Assembly (NCBI GenBank): GCA_049999805.1
Contig: JBNGIO010006370.1
Location: forward strand, 1 to 44,328
DNA length: 44,328 bases
Direction of reading: 5' to 3'
DNA from: Folioceros fuciformis
Lineage: Eukaryota
The notes under the pieces are model-generated. The model did not search any database, was not told the origin of the DNA, and saw only the letters and a list, made by a program, of their open reading frames with translations. How positions within the stretch are numbered: the stretch's first letter is position 1; every line of letters begins with the position of its first letter. The translations under genes were made by a program, and so were the position numbers. Positions 32,213-43,850 of this stretch are shown here, piece after piece.

Positions 32213-33355
32213 GTGTGTGCTTGCTTTCTTCTGAGGATCGGGCGTGTGGGCTTAATTCCATCCGCGTCGCTCATTCAGACAGCAACACAGGTCTCTCCAC
32301 TGATACACTTCCTCTCAGAACAGGGAAGGTGATGTGATTTTGGATACAGGGAGCGTGCTTGTTAATGTAAGCCCAGTGCAAGCTGTGTACAGTGCAGCCA
32401 CTGCAGTGCAAGCTACCATGCAGCCATCATCAGAATGATCTGCAGGATAATTGACGAAAGAGACGTCAATGGCGATGTCAGAGCCGTTGCCCAGGCCCTC
32501 GTATGGAAACACCAGGCCTGGCCTGGAGCGCACGCAAATACGCACATGTTGTAGCCCTTCCTGCTGGTGGGTGCGTTTACCCTCCGGTAGAATAGGAACT
32601 CAACGACTCCAACCAAACGGACCTCGGCGGACTGGTCCGTGAACTGTACCCTAAAGCCCTAAACAAAAAACAGCCTTCCATGATGCGAATCGTGAAAGAC
32701 GAGAAGCCAGCCTCTACCTCCACGAAACCAACATCTGTCTTCGCTGGGGGACATGTGAGCCTGGCTTTCTGGAGTCGATGTGCTCGACAATATCCACCAA
32801 AGCATCTGGTTTCGATGATCAGTGATTCAGTGGTGCGTCTCTCAGGTCCAAGCCGCACTTTGGCCATCATGGCTGGACACCAGAGCCGGTGCCTGGTCTC
32901 GGCAAGGATAGGTCCTGATGTTTCATTATTGGAGTCAAGTAAGATGAAACCCAAGGGAGCGCGGGGTATGTCACAGTGGCTCCGAACAGAGGAAGACCGA
33001 CTGTTTTCGAAGGGAAGGAAATTGGCTGTCACATGCTGGAAACTGGACTTGTCCCTTCGTGTCGTCAAACGAAGCACATGTTCCAGGGATCTTCGGGTGT
33101 CCCCAAGGCAATGCTGTACAGTGATGCGGGGGCATGATGCCAACATTTCGACTCGCCACTGATGAAGCCAGGTTGCCGTGTTCGCCCGAGTTTCACCTCA
33201 CCGCAAACACTCGGCAAGATGGCTGGCTTGCAGTGTGTCCGAAAGGACGGTGCGCAAGAAGATGGAAGGTGCCCACTCCAGTCTCCAGAGAATTAGGGCG
33301 AGACCTGCCAGCATAGTTTTGTGTGCCGCCTTCTCCCGAGGGCGGTGCCGTTGGC

Positions 33356-35641
33356 ATGGCAACAGTGTGGCAGCCGGAGCTGTTGCGGACTCAGCAAATT
33401 GGTGAGTGTACCGGGATCCTACGAGGTGCTCCCGCGCACCTCACCTTCGGCAATCAACTGCTGGGAGAAAATCAAGTCTCCAGGTGCGGCATTGTAAGGA
33501 ACCCAGCATTTCCAGTTTGGAGAGAAGGTGTGGGTGGGAAAAGATTTTCCAGGGTTGGTCATCGAAAGGAGCAGGAGCACTTGTGGTTGTGGCCACAATG
33601 TTTGCTGGACCATAGCATTTGCTGGGACAACAGTCTATACAGGAAGAGCTCTCGTTCCGCTGACTTCCGGCGTAAGGGCTCTGGCGGCGAGGTCCTCCGC
33701 TTAAACATAGGAGCGGTAAATGGCGTCATGCCGGCAGAAACTGTGATCAGGTCATGTCAGCAGGGAAAGCTTACTGAGGCCGTTGGAGCCTTGGAGTACC
33801 TGGCTCAGGCAGGCTGTCCCATATCTACTTCTCTCTTTTATAGTGTGATAAAACAGTGTACAGCCAAGAAGGATTTGCTTCTGGGAAGACGAGTTCACGA
33901 GCTCACCACCAAACTTGGGTACGAGTCGAATGCATACTTGGGGAACCATCTCTTGAGGATGTATGCTTCTGGAGGTCGGCTACAGGAGGCTATGGATGTG
34001 TTCACCAAGGTGCGCAAACCAGATGCCTTCATGTGGTCTTCTATGATGTCCGCATGCGCCAAACATGGGAAACCTAGAGAGGCCATACAACTGTACCGTG
34101 AGATGCGTTGTTCAGCTGTGAAAGCGGATGCTCACGTATTTGCAGCTGCCCTTCAAGCTTGTGCACTTGCCAAAGACTTGGAATCTGGTAGAAAAGTGCA
34201 CTGTGATGTGTTAGGCAGTGGCATTTCGTTTACCATGTTTGTTGGCACCTGCCTGGTGGACATGTATGCAAAATGTGGCGAACTGGAAGCTGCACGCCAG
34301 GTTTTCGACAGCTTGGCCACAAAAAATGTTGTGACGTGCAATGCCCTCATAGCTGGGTACGCAAATATTGGCGACCTGAATGGTGCACGCAGGGTCTTTG
34401 ACAGCTTGGCGGCAAAGGATGTGGTGACATGGACGGCCCTGATTGCTGGGTATGTAAAGCATGACCTCGCCCAAGAGGCTCTTGGTTTGTACAGAGAGAT
34501 GGAGCAGGAGGGCATCACTGTGGCTGACGGTGTTGTTCTCGCGTGTCTTCTGAAGGCCTGTGGAATGGCAGGGGCCCTACAAAAGGGCAGGCAGCTGCAC
34601 TCGCAGATTGTGCAAAGAGGATTGCTTGATAACGTACTGGTTGGCACGTGCCTGGTAGACATGTATGCAAAATGTGGAGAACTGGCAGAAGCACGCAGGG
34701 TTTTTAACAGCTTGGCCACAAAGGATGTTGTGTCATGGACGACACTGATCTCTGGGTATGGTGCTTGTGATGATGGTCACAACGCACTAGCCTGCTTTGA
34801 GGAGATGCTAGTTTCCGGCATTCGGCCTGATGAAGCTACATTTACTTGCCTTTTGGTTGCTTGCAGTCATGAGGGACTGGTGCATGAAGGTCGCAAGCAC
34901 TTCGATTCCATGGCTGACCGGCACAGCATCCAACCTACTATCGAGCATTACAATTGCATGATTGATCTTCTTGGTCGGGCTGGCCATTTGGATGAGGCAG
35001 AGCAAATGCTGTTCTCCTGCGAGGATCAGAGCAATGTTGTTGGGCTGACGTCTTTGCTGAATTCCTGCAAAAGTCACGGGGACATAGAGAGGGCGGCACG
35101 GTGTTTTGAGAGCCTAGTTAGACTGGACCCTCAGCGGGCGTCCACGTATGTGCTCATGGCCAATGCCTATGCTGATGCAGGTAGGTGGACCGATGTCGAG
35201 AGGATTGAAGCACAGAGGATGATAGCTGGAGCTAATAAGAAACCCGCAGTGGCGGGCATCGAGCTCAAGGAGCAGGTGCATACATTTGTGGTGGGAGAAA
35301 GGACAGATGACATTGCTCTTAAGGTAGAGGGCACGAATGCACGGCTGAGGCAGGAAGGAGGTCACATTCCCCAGACAGAGTTGGTGTTGAAGCCACTGCT
35401 GGAGAAGGAAAAGGAAGATGTGCTTTGTGGGCATGCCGAGAAGCTGGCTCTAGCGTTTGGTCTCCTGAACACTCCCCGTGGAACACCTTTGATGGTTACG
35501 AAGAACCTACGCATGTGCAGTGACTGTCACAGTTCCACGGAGATTATGTCAAGGATTGAAAGGAGAGAGATTGTGGTGAGGGATGGGTATCGCGTGCATC
35601 GATTTGCATCTGGTTGTTGCAGTTGTAAGGGCCGCCCGTGA
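33356..35641 (+). CDS. PLS-class PPR-DYW:KP protein (ends ...CKGRP), shortest array
   Basis: Frame is open from 33323. ATG 33356 (MATVWQ). KKPAVAGIEL, HAEKLA, CSDCH, GRP. Confidence 0.95.
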   Translation: MATVWQPELLRTQQIGECTGILRGAPAHLTFGNQLLGENQVSRCGIVRNPAFPVWREGVGGKRFSRVGHRKEQEHLWLWPQCLLDHSICWDNSLYRKSSRSADFRRKGSGGEVLRLNIGAVNGVMPAETVIRSCQQGKLTEAVGALEYLAQAGCPISTSLFYSVIKQCTAKKDLLLGRRVHELTTKLGYESNAYLGNHLLRMYASGGRLQEAMDVFTKVRKPDAFMWSSMMSACAKHGKPREAIQLYREMRCSAVKADAHVFAAALQACALAKDLESGRKVHCDVLGSGISFTMFVGTCLVDMYAKCGELEAARQVFDSLATKNVVTCNALIAGYANIGDLNGARRVFDSLAAKDVVTWTALIAGYVKHDLAQEALGLYREMEQEGITVADGVVLACLLKACGMAGALQKGRQLHSQIVQRGLLDNVLVGTCLVDMYAKCGELAEARRVFNSLATKDVVSWTTLISGYGACDDGHNALACFEEMLVSGIRPDEATFTCLLVACSHEGLVHEGRKHFDSMADRHSIQPTIEHYNCMIDLLGRAGHLDEAEQMLFSCEDQSNVVGLTSLLNSCKSHGDIERAARCFESLVRLDPQRASTYVLMANAYADAGRWTDVERIEAQRMIAGANKKPAVAGIELKEQVHTFVVGERTDDIALKVEGTNARLRQEGGHIPQTELVLKPLLEKEKEDVLCGHAEKLALAFGLLNTPRGTPLMVTKNLRMCSDCHSSTEIMSRIERREIVVRDGYRVHRFASGCCSCKGRP

Positions 35642-35971
35642 CAGTGCTAAAGTGGGTACGCTATCAACGTTGCTTTCTCCTGAGAGGTGAGCGTACCTGC
35701 TGGACTCCCTCCGTGCATACTTACGGAGTGACGACGATTCTCACACGTTTCCTCAACAGCATCAGAAACTTCTGTTATTACTTCCCCGCCCTACATTAGG
35801 GACGGGATACCCGATGCCCGTCGAGGTCTTGATTGTCATGACAACAAATCTGCGGGAAAATAATTACAAATTTTGGAAGTGTTAACAATGTTCTGATGTT
35901 CCCCCTCAAGCCTCGAGGCGAGCGATCACCACGGCTTAGGCCATACCAGTCGAGTCCATTTCCCGCGGGAC

Positions 35972-36100
35972 GGTGCATGCTGAAAACAGAATCTGCTGCG
36001 GGACGAACATGTGCCTGCGTGCATGCTGAAAACAGTATCTGCTGCGAGACAAACTATGTGCCTGGCGTGCATGCTGAAAACAGAATCTGCTGCGAGACAA
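35972..36100. repeat. ~47-bp tandem repeat x3
   Basis: GTGCATGCTGAAAACAG(A/T)ATCTGCTGCG recurs three times. Confidence 0.85.
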
Positions 36101-36172
36101 GGCGCTTAGCTTATACTGGACGTGCATCTCGTTCCCCGGTTCAGACTTCTTCAAATGTCCTAGACATCCACT

Positions 36173-36262
36173 AAAGGGTTAGGCCCCATCCCTGGCTTTT
36201 CCCCATTACGGGTTGTTCCCTTTGTCACGGGTAGATGAACTTCCATATCTTTTTTTCCTAAA
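36173..36262 (+). mobile_element. Short, probably 5'-truncated retroposon copy with degenerate target-site duplication
   Basis: Similar to 8612-8705 (TAGGCCCC..TGGCTTTTCCCCATT.CGGGTTGTTCCC..TCACGGG.TAGATG.AACTTCCAT..TTTTTT). GACATCCACT flanks both sides (36163-36172 and 36273-36282). Confidence 0.55.
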
Positions 36263-36547
36263 ACGTTCCCTCGACATCCACTGCGTCATGGCTGCGTTCT
36301 CGCTTTCAATCAGCCACGACATACCCTTCCCTACGTCTGTGTACACGGAAGTGGAAGTGATCCATTGGACCACGTTTTCCCTGTCAAGGGAAAACGTGGT
36401 GACGATCCGTTTTGGCGACTATGCCCAAGTCTCACCTTTAACAGGATGAAATACGGTGACACCTCCTGAAACGAAAGACATAGCTCACCTCCTGAAACGA
36501 AAGACAGCAGAAGGCTTTTTGTGTCCACACTTGAGCACAGGCCGTCC

Positions 36548-39131
36548 TCACGGTCGCCCCTTGCAACTGCAACAACCATTTTCGAATCTATGCACACGGT
36601 ACCCATCCCTTACAACAATGTCTCTCTGTTCGAGCCTTGACATGATCTCCGTGGAACTGTGGCAGTCGCTACACATGCGGAGATTCTTAGTCACCACCAG
36701 AGGTATCCCACTCGGTGTCTTCATCAGACCATACGCCAGAGCTAGCTTCTCAGCATGCCCACAAAGGGCATCTTCCTTTTCCTTCTCAGACAGTGGCTTC
36801 AACACCAACTTCGTCTGTGGTACATGGCCCCCTTCCAGCTTCAACCGCGCGTTTGTGCTCTCTACCTTTGACGAGATGTCATCTCTCCTTTCTCCCACCG
36901 AAAATACATGTATCTGCTTCTTCACCTCGATGCTTGCCACTGCAGGTTTCTTGTGAGCACCTGCTGTCCTTCTCTGTGTTTCAATCCTGTCTACATCGCT
37001 CCACCGACCTGCATCTGCATAGGCATTGGCCATGAGCACATAGGCGGGTGCCCATTGAGGGTCCAGCCTAACAACGCTTTCAAAACACCACACTGCCCTC
37101 TCTACATCCCCGTGGCTTTTGCAGGCATTCAACAAAGACGTCAAGCCCACAACATTGGTCTCGCTTTCACATGCTAACAACATCTTCTCTGCCTCTTGTA
37201 AATGGCCAGCACGACCAAGAAGATCAACCATGCAGTTGTAATGCTCAATGGTAGGCTTGATGCCATGCTGCTCAGCCATGGAGTGAAAGTGCTTGCGACC
37301 CTCATGCACCAGCCCCTCATGACTGCATGCTACCAAAAGGCAAGTAAAAGTTGCATCATTAGGCTGAACACCGGCACCCAACATTTCCTCGAAACAGGCT
37401 AGTGCCTTGTGACCATCATCAGAAGCACCATAGCCCGATATCAGGGTCGTCCATGTCACGACGTCCTTTGTAGGCATGCTGTCGAAAACCTGGCGTGCAG
37501 CTTCCAGTTTGCCACATTTTGCATACATGTCCACCAGGCAGTTGCCCAGCACTACGTTATCCAGCAGTCCTCTTTCAACAATTTGTGAGTGCAGCTGCCT
37601 GCCCTTCTGTAAGGCACCAGTGCTTGCACAGGCGTTTAAAAGGCAAGCAAAAGTAACATCGCTAGCCAATATCAGGCCCTCCTGCTCCAGTTGTCCATAC
37701 ACAGCAAGTGCCTCGTGTCCGAGCCCTTGGTGGGCATACCCGGCAATCAGCGCCGTCCATGTCACCACATCCTTTTTTGCCAAGCTTTTGAAAACCCGGT
37801 GTGCATCTTCCATTTCACCACATTTCACATACATGTCCACGAGGCAGTTGCCCAAGACTAAGTCATGCAGCAGTCCTCTTTCAATAACCTGTGTGTGCAG
37901 CTGCCTGCCTGTCTGCAAGGCACCATTGCTTGCACAGGCACTCAGAAGGCAAGAATAAGTAATAGGGTCAGCCAAAATGAGGCCCTCTTGTTCCATTTGT
38001 CCATAGAGCACAAGTGCCTCTTGGCCCAACCCTTGCTGTGCATACCCCGAAATCAAGGCATTCCATGTCACCACATCCTTCGTAGCCAAGCTTTCAAAAA
38101 CCAGGAGAGCCTCTTTCAGTTCGCCACATTTAGAATACATGTCCACCAGGCCGTTGCCAACGAATAAGTTACTAGGAATGCCACTGAGCAACACGTCACA
38201 GTGCACTTTCCTGCCAGATTCCAAGTCAGCGGCCAATGCACAGGCTTGAAGGGCAGCCACGAAGACGTGAGCGTCCGCCTTCACTCCTGACCTGCCCATC
38301 TCATGGTACAAATGTATGGCCTCCTTAGGTTTCCTGTGTTTAGCATGAGCAGAGATTATGGAAAACCACATGAACACATTTGGTTGGTCCACCCTAGTGA
38401 ACACATCCATGGCCTCCTGCAACCTACCGCCACATGCATACATGCGCAAGATGTGATTCCCCAAGTACGCATTCGACTGGTACCCAAGTTGGACTGTGAG
38501 GTCATGAACTCGTCGGCCCAAGCCCACATCCTTCTTAGCTGCGCACAGTTTGAGCACGGCATAAATCAGAGACTGAGAAACACCAGAATCCGTCTCCGCT
38601 AAACATTCCAGGGCTCCGACGGCCTCTGAAAGCTTCCCTTGCCGACACAACTTGCGCACGGTTACAGCCGAGACGACGCCCATGTCCAATCCTGCACGCC
38701 CGCCATGATCAAGCTGATCCGGAAAGCTCGACTTGGAGGGAGAGGCACCAGAACCCATCTGCATATCCAAAGAAACCAGCTGTTCATCCACCCAAGCTGG
38801 CTTGCACAAGTTGTTTAAGCAGAGGACCTCGCCGGTAGACTCCTCGTAGAGGAAGTTAGGCCAATGCGAGCTCTTCTTACCNNNNNNNNNNNNNNNNNNN
38901 NNNNNNNNNNNNNNNNNNNNNNNNNNNNNNNNNNNNNNNNNNNNNNNNNNNNNNNNNNNNNNNNNNNNNNNNNNNNNNNNNAATGCTGGACCTGCACATG
39001 CACCTGGACGCGGGCCTTTTTACCACCTGCAGGCTCCATGAGGTGAGGTGAGCGAGAGCTCCTCCTACACTCCCTGTACACTGACCAGTTTGATGGGTCC
39101 ACAAGCAATGTGGTTGCCATGCTGTGGCCAT
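36548..39131 (-). CDS. PLS-class PPR-DYW:KP protein (ends ...CKGRP); 5' part crosses an assembly gap
   Basis: 753-aa ORF whose frame stays open up to the N-run (KKSSHWPNF..STGEVLCLNNLCKPAWV). Paralogous start MATAWQ at 39131 lies on the other side of the gap. Continuity is inferred. Confidence 0.85.
38882..38981. other. Assembly gap (100 N); a second 10-N gap at 42101-42110
   Basis: N runs in the sequence. Confidence 1.
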
Positions 39132-39449
39132 GTCACTGGTATCAATTCTCGGAAAACGTGGCGGAGAGCAGTCTATTCGGGGGTGGAGGCCGAATTCTCA
39201 CCATAAGCCTGACTTCAGGCATCGGCCAGATGGACGTGAGCTCTTTCACTTCCAGCCGACCGCGTGATAGTACATAACTCGGGCAGTAAAACACTCCATC
39301 CCAGCCGCAGTGAGGCAGACGAGCGATTCCCCAAAGGACTGTACTGATTTATGGCTTGGAGGGGTTTCCAGAGATCAACGTCCCTCCCCGCAAGGTCTCA
39401 AAAAAACACCTACAGTATGAACATTAGGTGACTACAGAACGAAGTTGTT

Positions 39450-40060
39450 GGAAGACTAAGAAGAAAGTGGTTGTGGGGCGACGAGACGACTTCATGACCT
39501 TACAGTTAAACTTGGGTACGAGTGGAACGCATAGAGTACTTGGGGAACCACAGCTTGCGCATATGCATGTGGAGGAGGTACGGTGCAGGGGGCCATGGAT
39601 GTGTTCACCAGGGTGGACCAACGGAATGTGTTCATGTGGTTTTCCGTAATCTCTGCTCCTTCTAAGCACGGGAAACCTAATGAATGCCATACAAGTGTAC
39701 TGTGAGATGCGGAGGTCGGGAGCGAAAGCTGATGCTCATGTCGTCGTAGCTGCCCTTCAAGCAAGCTTGTGCGTTGGCCGCAAACTTGGAATCTGGCACT
39801 AAAGTCCAATTGTGATCTGTTGCGTAGTGGCCTTCCTACTTACTACCTTTGTTGTTTGTTGGCACCTGTCTGGCGGACATGTATGCAAACTATGGTGAAT
39901 CGGAAGATGCACGCCAGGTTTTTGAAAGCCTGGCCAGAAAGGATGTGGTGACGTGTGGAATGCACCGCTATCTGTATATGCACAGCAAGCCAAGGGCTCC
40001 GCCAAGAGGCGCTTGCTTTGTATGGACAGATGGAGAAAGAGGGCCTCATTTTGGCTCAAA
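39450..40060 (+). pseudogene. Decayed PPR fragment of the same family
   Basis: Frameshifted remnants: VVGRR..HDLTVKLGYE, AMDVFTRV, LFVGTCLADMYANYGESEDARQVFESLARKDVVT, QEALALYGQMEKEGLILA. Truncated next to the foldback element. Confidence 0.85.
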
Positions 40061-40097
40061 ACTTCGTCTTGAGCGAAGTTTTTTTTTCCTTTTCCTC

Positions 40098-40412
40098 TTC
40101 CCTTTTGGTATGCTGTGTAAACTATAATTTAACATAATCATTAGTCAAGATTGATTTGTTAAGAATTTTTTACCTATGTAGATTCAATTCCACCGTTGAT
40201 TTTCATGACCGCACTCTAGACCTTGCAAACATTCAAATGGAATTATGTGCATTAAAGTTCTTTGTTTAAAGGAAACTTAAGATTAAAAAAAATTAATAGA
40301 GTCAAAAAATCAACAGTAGAATTGAATCTATATAGGTATAAAATTCTTCACAAATCACTCTTGACTAATAATTATGTTAACTCATAGTTTACACAACATA
40401 CCCAAAAGGGAA
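40098..40412. mobile_element. AT-rich MITE/foldback element with ~105-bp imperfect terminal inverted repeats
   Basis: 40098-40203 (TTCCCTTTTGGTATG..TAAACTAT..TTAACATAAT.ATTAGTCAAGA..TAGATTCAATTC..GTTGATTTT) is the reverse complement of 40306-40412. Confidence 0.8.
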
Positions 40413-40683
40413 AAAATTAAAAAAATTAAAAAACTACCTAGTTTAGTAACATATAGAAATGATCTCAATAGAGAGCCATTGATCTTTGAGACTAGTTAGC
40501 ACTATTCCTTACTATATATGGTCTATATGCCTTGGATAAATATTAAGTATAATAGAATTAATACTTAGCATCTTGTACTTGTATTGTATTGCGAAAAACA
40601 TTACTTGTCTTGTAGACTACATTTCATTGTTATAGCATAGTGCTTAGCTTGAGGTGCATTGGCCCACCTCTCTACATGCGCAC

Positions 40684-41499
40684 ATGGCTAGGATAATGTC
40701 TTTGGCTAGGATAATGTCTTTGGAGAGTGATAAGCTGTACAACCATGGTGGTGGTCGTAAATCAACTTTTTGTATCCAACCCATGGGGCAAGATCAAGTC
40801 TCCCAAGTTGAAAGATTGTGGGAGCTTGTTTTCGGACCCGACCACAAAGATGCATGTACCTCTTTGAGTGCAAGCCCTATTCAAGACCACAAGCGAGAGG
40901 CACGCGGGTCATTCACCTTGGTGGCTCTGCAGAAGTTTGGACAAAATCAAGTTGGATGTGGTATGCTCATGGGTGCTATTCAAGTATGGTTACCTAGCAC
41001 CTCACAACCGGACTACCTTGAAGACGTGTTTTCTCCAAGTGCCCACAAAAAATATCACGGACACAGAAGCAGGGAGGGAAGAGGACTCAAGGAGCTTGTA
41101 AAACAATGTTGGTCCTGCAAGGAATATGAGGAAGGCTATGGTCTTCCTGAGATATGCTATTTGGCCGTCTGTAGAATACATCAGGGAAGAGGTGTGGCGA
41201 CGCAACTCCTCAATGCTATGGAAACAAGGCTTAGTGAGCTTGGTCACTCCAGGGTCTACTTAATTTGTGGATCTAATAACCTTAAAGCCTTGTGCCTCTA
41301 TTTGAAAATGGGCTACAAAATAATGGAATGTTTAGAAGACGATAACAACGGAGGCTACAAAATAGTAAAAACCATTTCAAACTATGAACAAGAGACGGGT
41401 GAAGTATTTTTTTGGAAAGCGAAGATGAGCGAAGCGGGCCAAAACAATGAATATGATACAAATTTTACCTTTTTCTTGTTTAGAAAGCTGCTTTGCTAA
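40684..41499 (+). CDS. GNAT-family N-acetyltransferase-like protein
   Basis: Single ORF with first ATG at 40684. ICYLAV..HQGRGVATQLL (acetyl-CoA motif A) and VYL...NNLKALCLYLKMGY (motif B). Confidence 0.75.
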   Translation: MARIMSLARIMSLESDKLYNHGGGRKSTFCIQPMGQDQVSQVERLWELVFGPDHKDACTSLSASPIQDHKREARGSFTLVALQKFGQNQVGCGMLMGAIQVWLPSTSQPDYLEDVFSPSAHKKYHGHRSREGRGLKELVKQCWSCKEYEEGYGLPEICYLAVCRIHQGRGVATQLLNAMETRLSELGHSRVYLICGSNNLKALCLYLKMGYKIMECLEDDNNGGYKIVKTISNYEQETGEVFFWKAKMSEAGQNNEYDTNFTFFLFRKLLC

Positions 41500-42924
41500 A
41501 TAAATTGTAGGAGGCAACCTCCATAGATTTGACACAAATCATGTTTATGTGAATTTTTTCCAATACATGTAGACGCAATGTGTAGCTTAGAAGCAGCTGA
41601 ATAGAGCCAAACATCAACTGTGCATGGCTAAGGAAGTGTGCACATAGAAGTTACTTCACCTAGGACCTAGATCTTTGTAAATATTTCTATATGTTCCTAA
41701 ACAATCTAGTTTTTCTTTTCTTTTCTTTTTTTTTCTATTTCCTTTTTGGGTATACTTGAGCTATGTGCATATTTTGTCCTAGAACAACAATGTTGGTCAT
41801 CATATCCACAAGACTTCCGTTCTAGATTTGATATAGGACTAGCGGGGGTCGTAATATATGAGATGACTACCCATTAAGGATATATGAGATGACTACCCAT
41901 TAAGGATAGTAGACAACAGCATGTCTAGTGTACGTGTAGCATGCATACAACTGGATATAGACATGTGTTTGATACCAAGAGATCCCAAGCATGAACCACC
42001 TTCTTGCCTTAGCAATGGCCATGGACACCTTGCAAGCCTGTAGTGCTTCCTTCAATGCCTAGGTGTAGTTCTTCACCTTGCAAGCTAAAGAATGCCTAGG
42101 NNNNNNNNNNCCTTGCAAGCTAAAGAATGCCTAGGTGTAGTTCTTCACCTTGCAAGCCTTTAGCGCTTCCTTCAATGCCTAGTTGTAGTTCTTCACCTTG
42201 CTTTTGGCCCCATCCTCTAAACTAGACTTGCAGTAGCAACAAAGGTTGCTATGCTATTTGTTGTGCCAATGCAAACTACACAATCCCTCCTAACCATATG
42301 CACCAAATTTAAAGGACATAAAATTTCATGGGCAAAGTTAGGCACCTTGTTCTAATTAAAAACCAAAACCAAAGTAAGACTAACCACGCTCCCGTGCAAC
42401 AAGGGTAGCCACTAGATTGATCACTACTCATGGTCATGACATTTAAAATGCCATGTCTTTTTGTTTGGAAAGCAATGAAGCGCATACGTGTTATAAAACA
42501 TCTTATTTATTTTGTCAAGACCCAAGGACAAGCTATAAGCATGATAAAAATATATAATTAATCGAGAACTAATAACAAGTAATAAATGTATAAAATTATT
42601 TACTTTGTCGAGAACCAAGGATAACTAATAAGATTGATAAAACTATCTTCTTTCTCATGAACCAAGAACAAGTAATACGTGTGAGAAGAATATCTTTTTT
42701 GTCCAAAACCAATGACACTAATAGCTATGTATTCGTGCAATACGTATGTTATTTATCATCAAACCATTCGTTTAGAAAGAAGTTTTAAGATCATTCCAAT
42801 TCTGCAATGCCTTGCAATTATGATTCATTCCTACTAAATAAGGACTCAACAACTATCATGCAACATACGATGCAATATGATATTGTTACAAGATTTGCGA
42901 ACTATGAGATCCATGACATCGTAT

Positions 42925-43850
42925 TGAGCGAAGGTACCCAAGCATAAGTCATGCTTGGAAAAAATATCACTTTTGATGAACTTGTCGCTTTTAAGGTCAT
43001 TAAGAATGTTGGCAAAATATGCATGAAGGCCATAGACCGCAAATTCCAAGCTCTAAAAGTATTGGATCACCCAAACATAGTGAAAGCATATTCTATGCAG
43101 GGCTTGAATAAAACAATGTTCATGGTTCAAGAACGCTCCATTTATTTTAGAAAAACAAGATGAAAAAACAAAAGAGGGAGATAAATCGTGATTGAGATAC
43201 TTGGGGCTAACCCTCTAAAGCCTAATGACTAGTAATAGTACCTAAAATATTATGGTACCCAATGAGAAAGGTCTACCTATCAGTGGAGTTGCTGATGCTG
43301 CCTCACTTGTTAATGTTGTTGTCTTGTATATGGCAGTAGCCAATTCTTTCTGTAGAGCAATGGAAACCCTTTGGTAAAAGAACGCTACAACAATCCACGA
43401 AAGAGGAAGATCAAGCCCATTTTTCAAGTTATGAAGTGCCTTGGCACAAGACTTCAAAACTTGGAAAATTCCTTGCACATGGTCTCGTGAATCTCAACCC
43501 TAAGTTCAAGAACTAATGGGACAAAGTCCATTATACCACCTTATTCAACTTAATATATCGATGGGTGAAGACATAAGTGCTCACTGTTTTCACGAACTTA
43601 AATCTAGTCTAGAATATTGTCATGACGCTGGTGTCTTTCATCGTTACATCAAACTAGATAATCTATTCGTGGAGTTTTGAAAATCGTTGACTTTGGAATT
43701 TGTTGCACAAGAAACTCAAATACCAAATTCGGGACGTTTGTCTAAGGTAGCATATGCTAAGGATATTTACAGGGCCACTTATCAAGTTAAGTCCAATGGA
43801 TGTCCATGTAGACTAGCTTATGCCATAGACATTTGTGCACTACTACATTT
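42925..43850 (+). pseudogene. Ser/Thr protein kinase pseudogene (CAMK/SnRK-like), interrupted
   Basis: LSEGTQA*V (decayed G-loop), VAFKVIK, LDHPNIVK; after the insert, LEYCHDAGVFHRYIKLDNL, LKIVDFG, AIDI. Stops, frameshifts, catalytic HRD replaced by HRY. Confidence 0.75.
43205..43545 (-). mobile_element. RLE-type non-LTR retrotransposon 3' remnant inserted in the kinase pseudogene
   Basis: DFVPLVLE...LKSCAK...LPLS..VAFFYQRVSIALQKELA, homologous to the 8180-8480 remnant. Confidence 0.6.

Noticed and set aside
32577-33162. Overlapping 189-aa and 160-aa ORFs between two PPR genes
   Set aside because: No recognisable motif; probably intergenic or decayed sequence.
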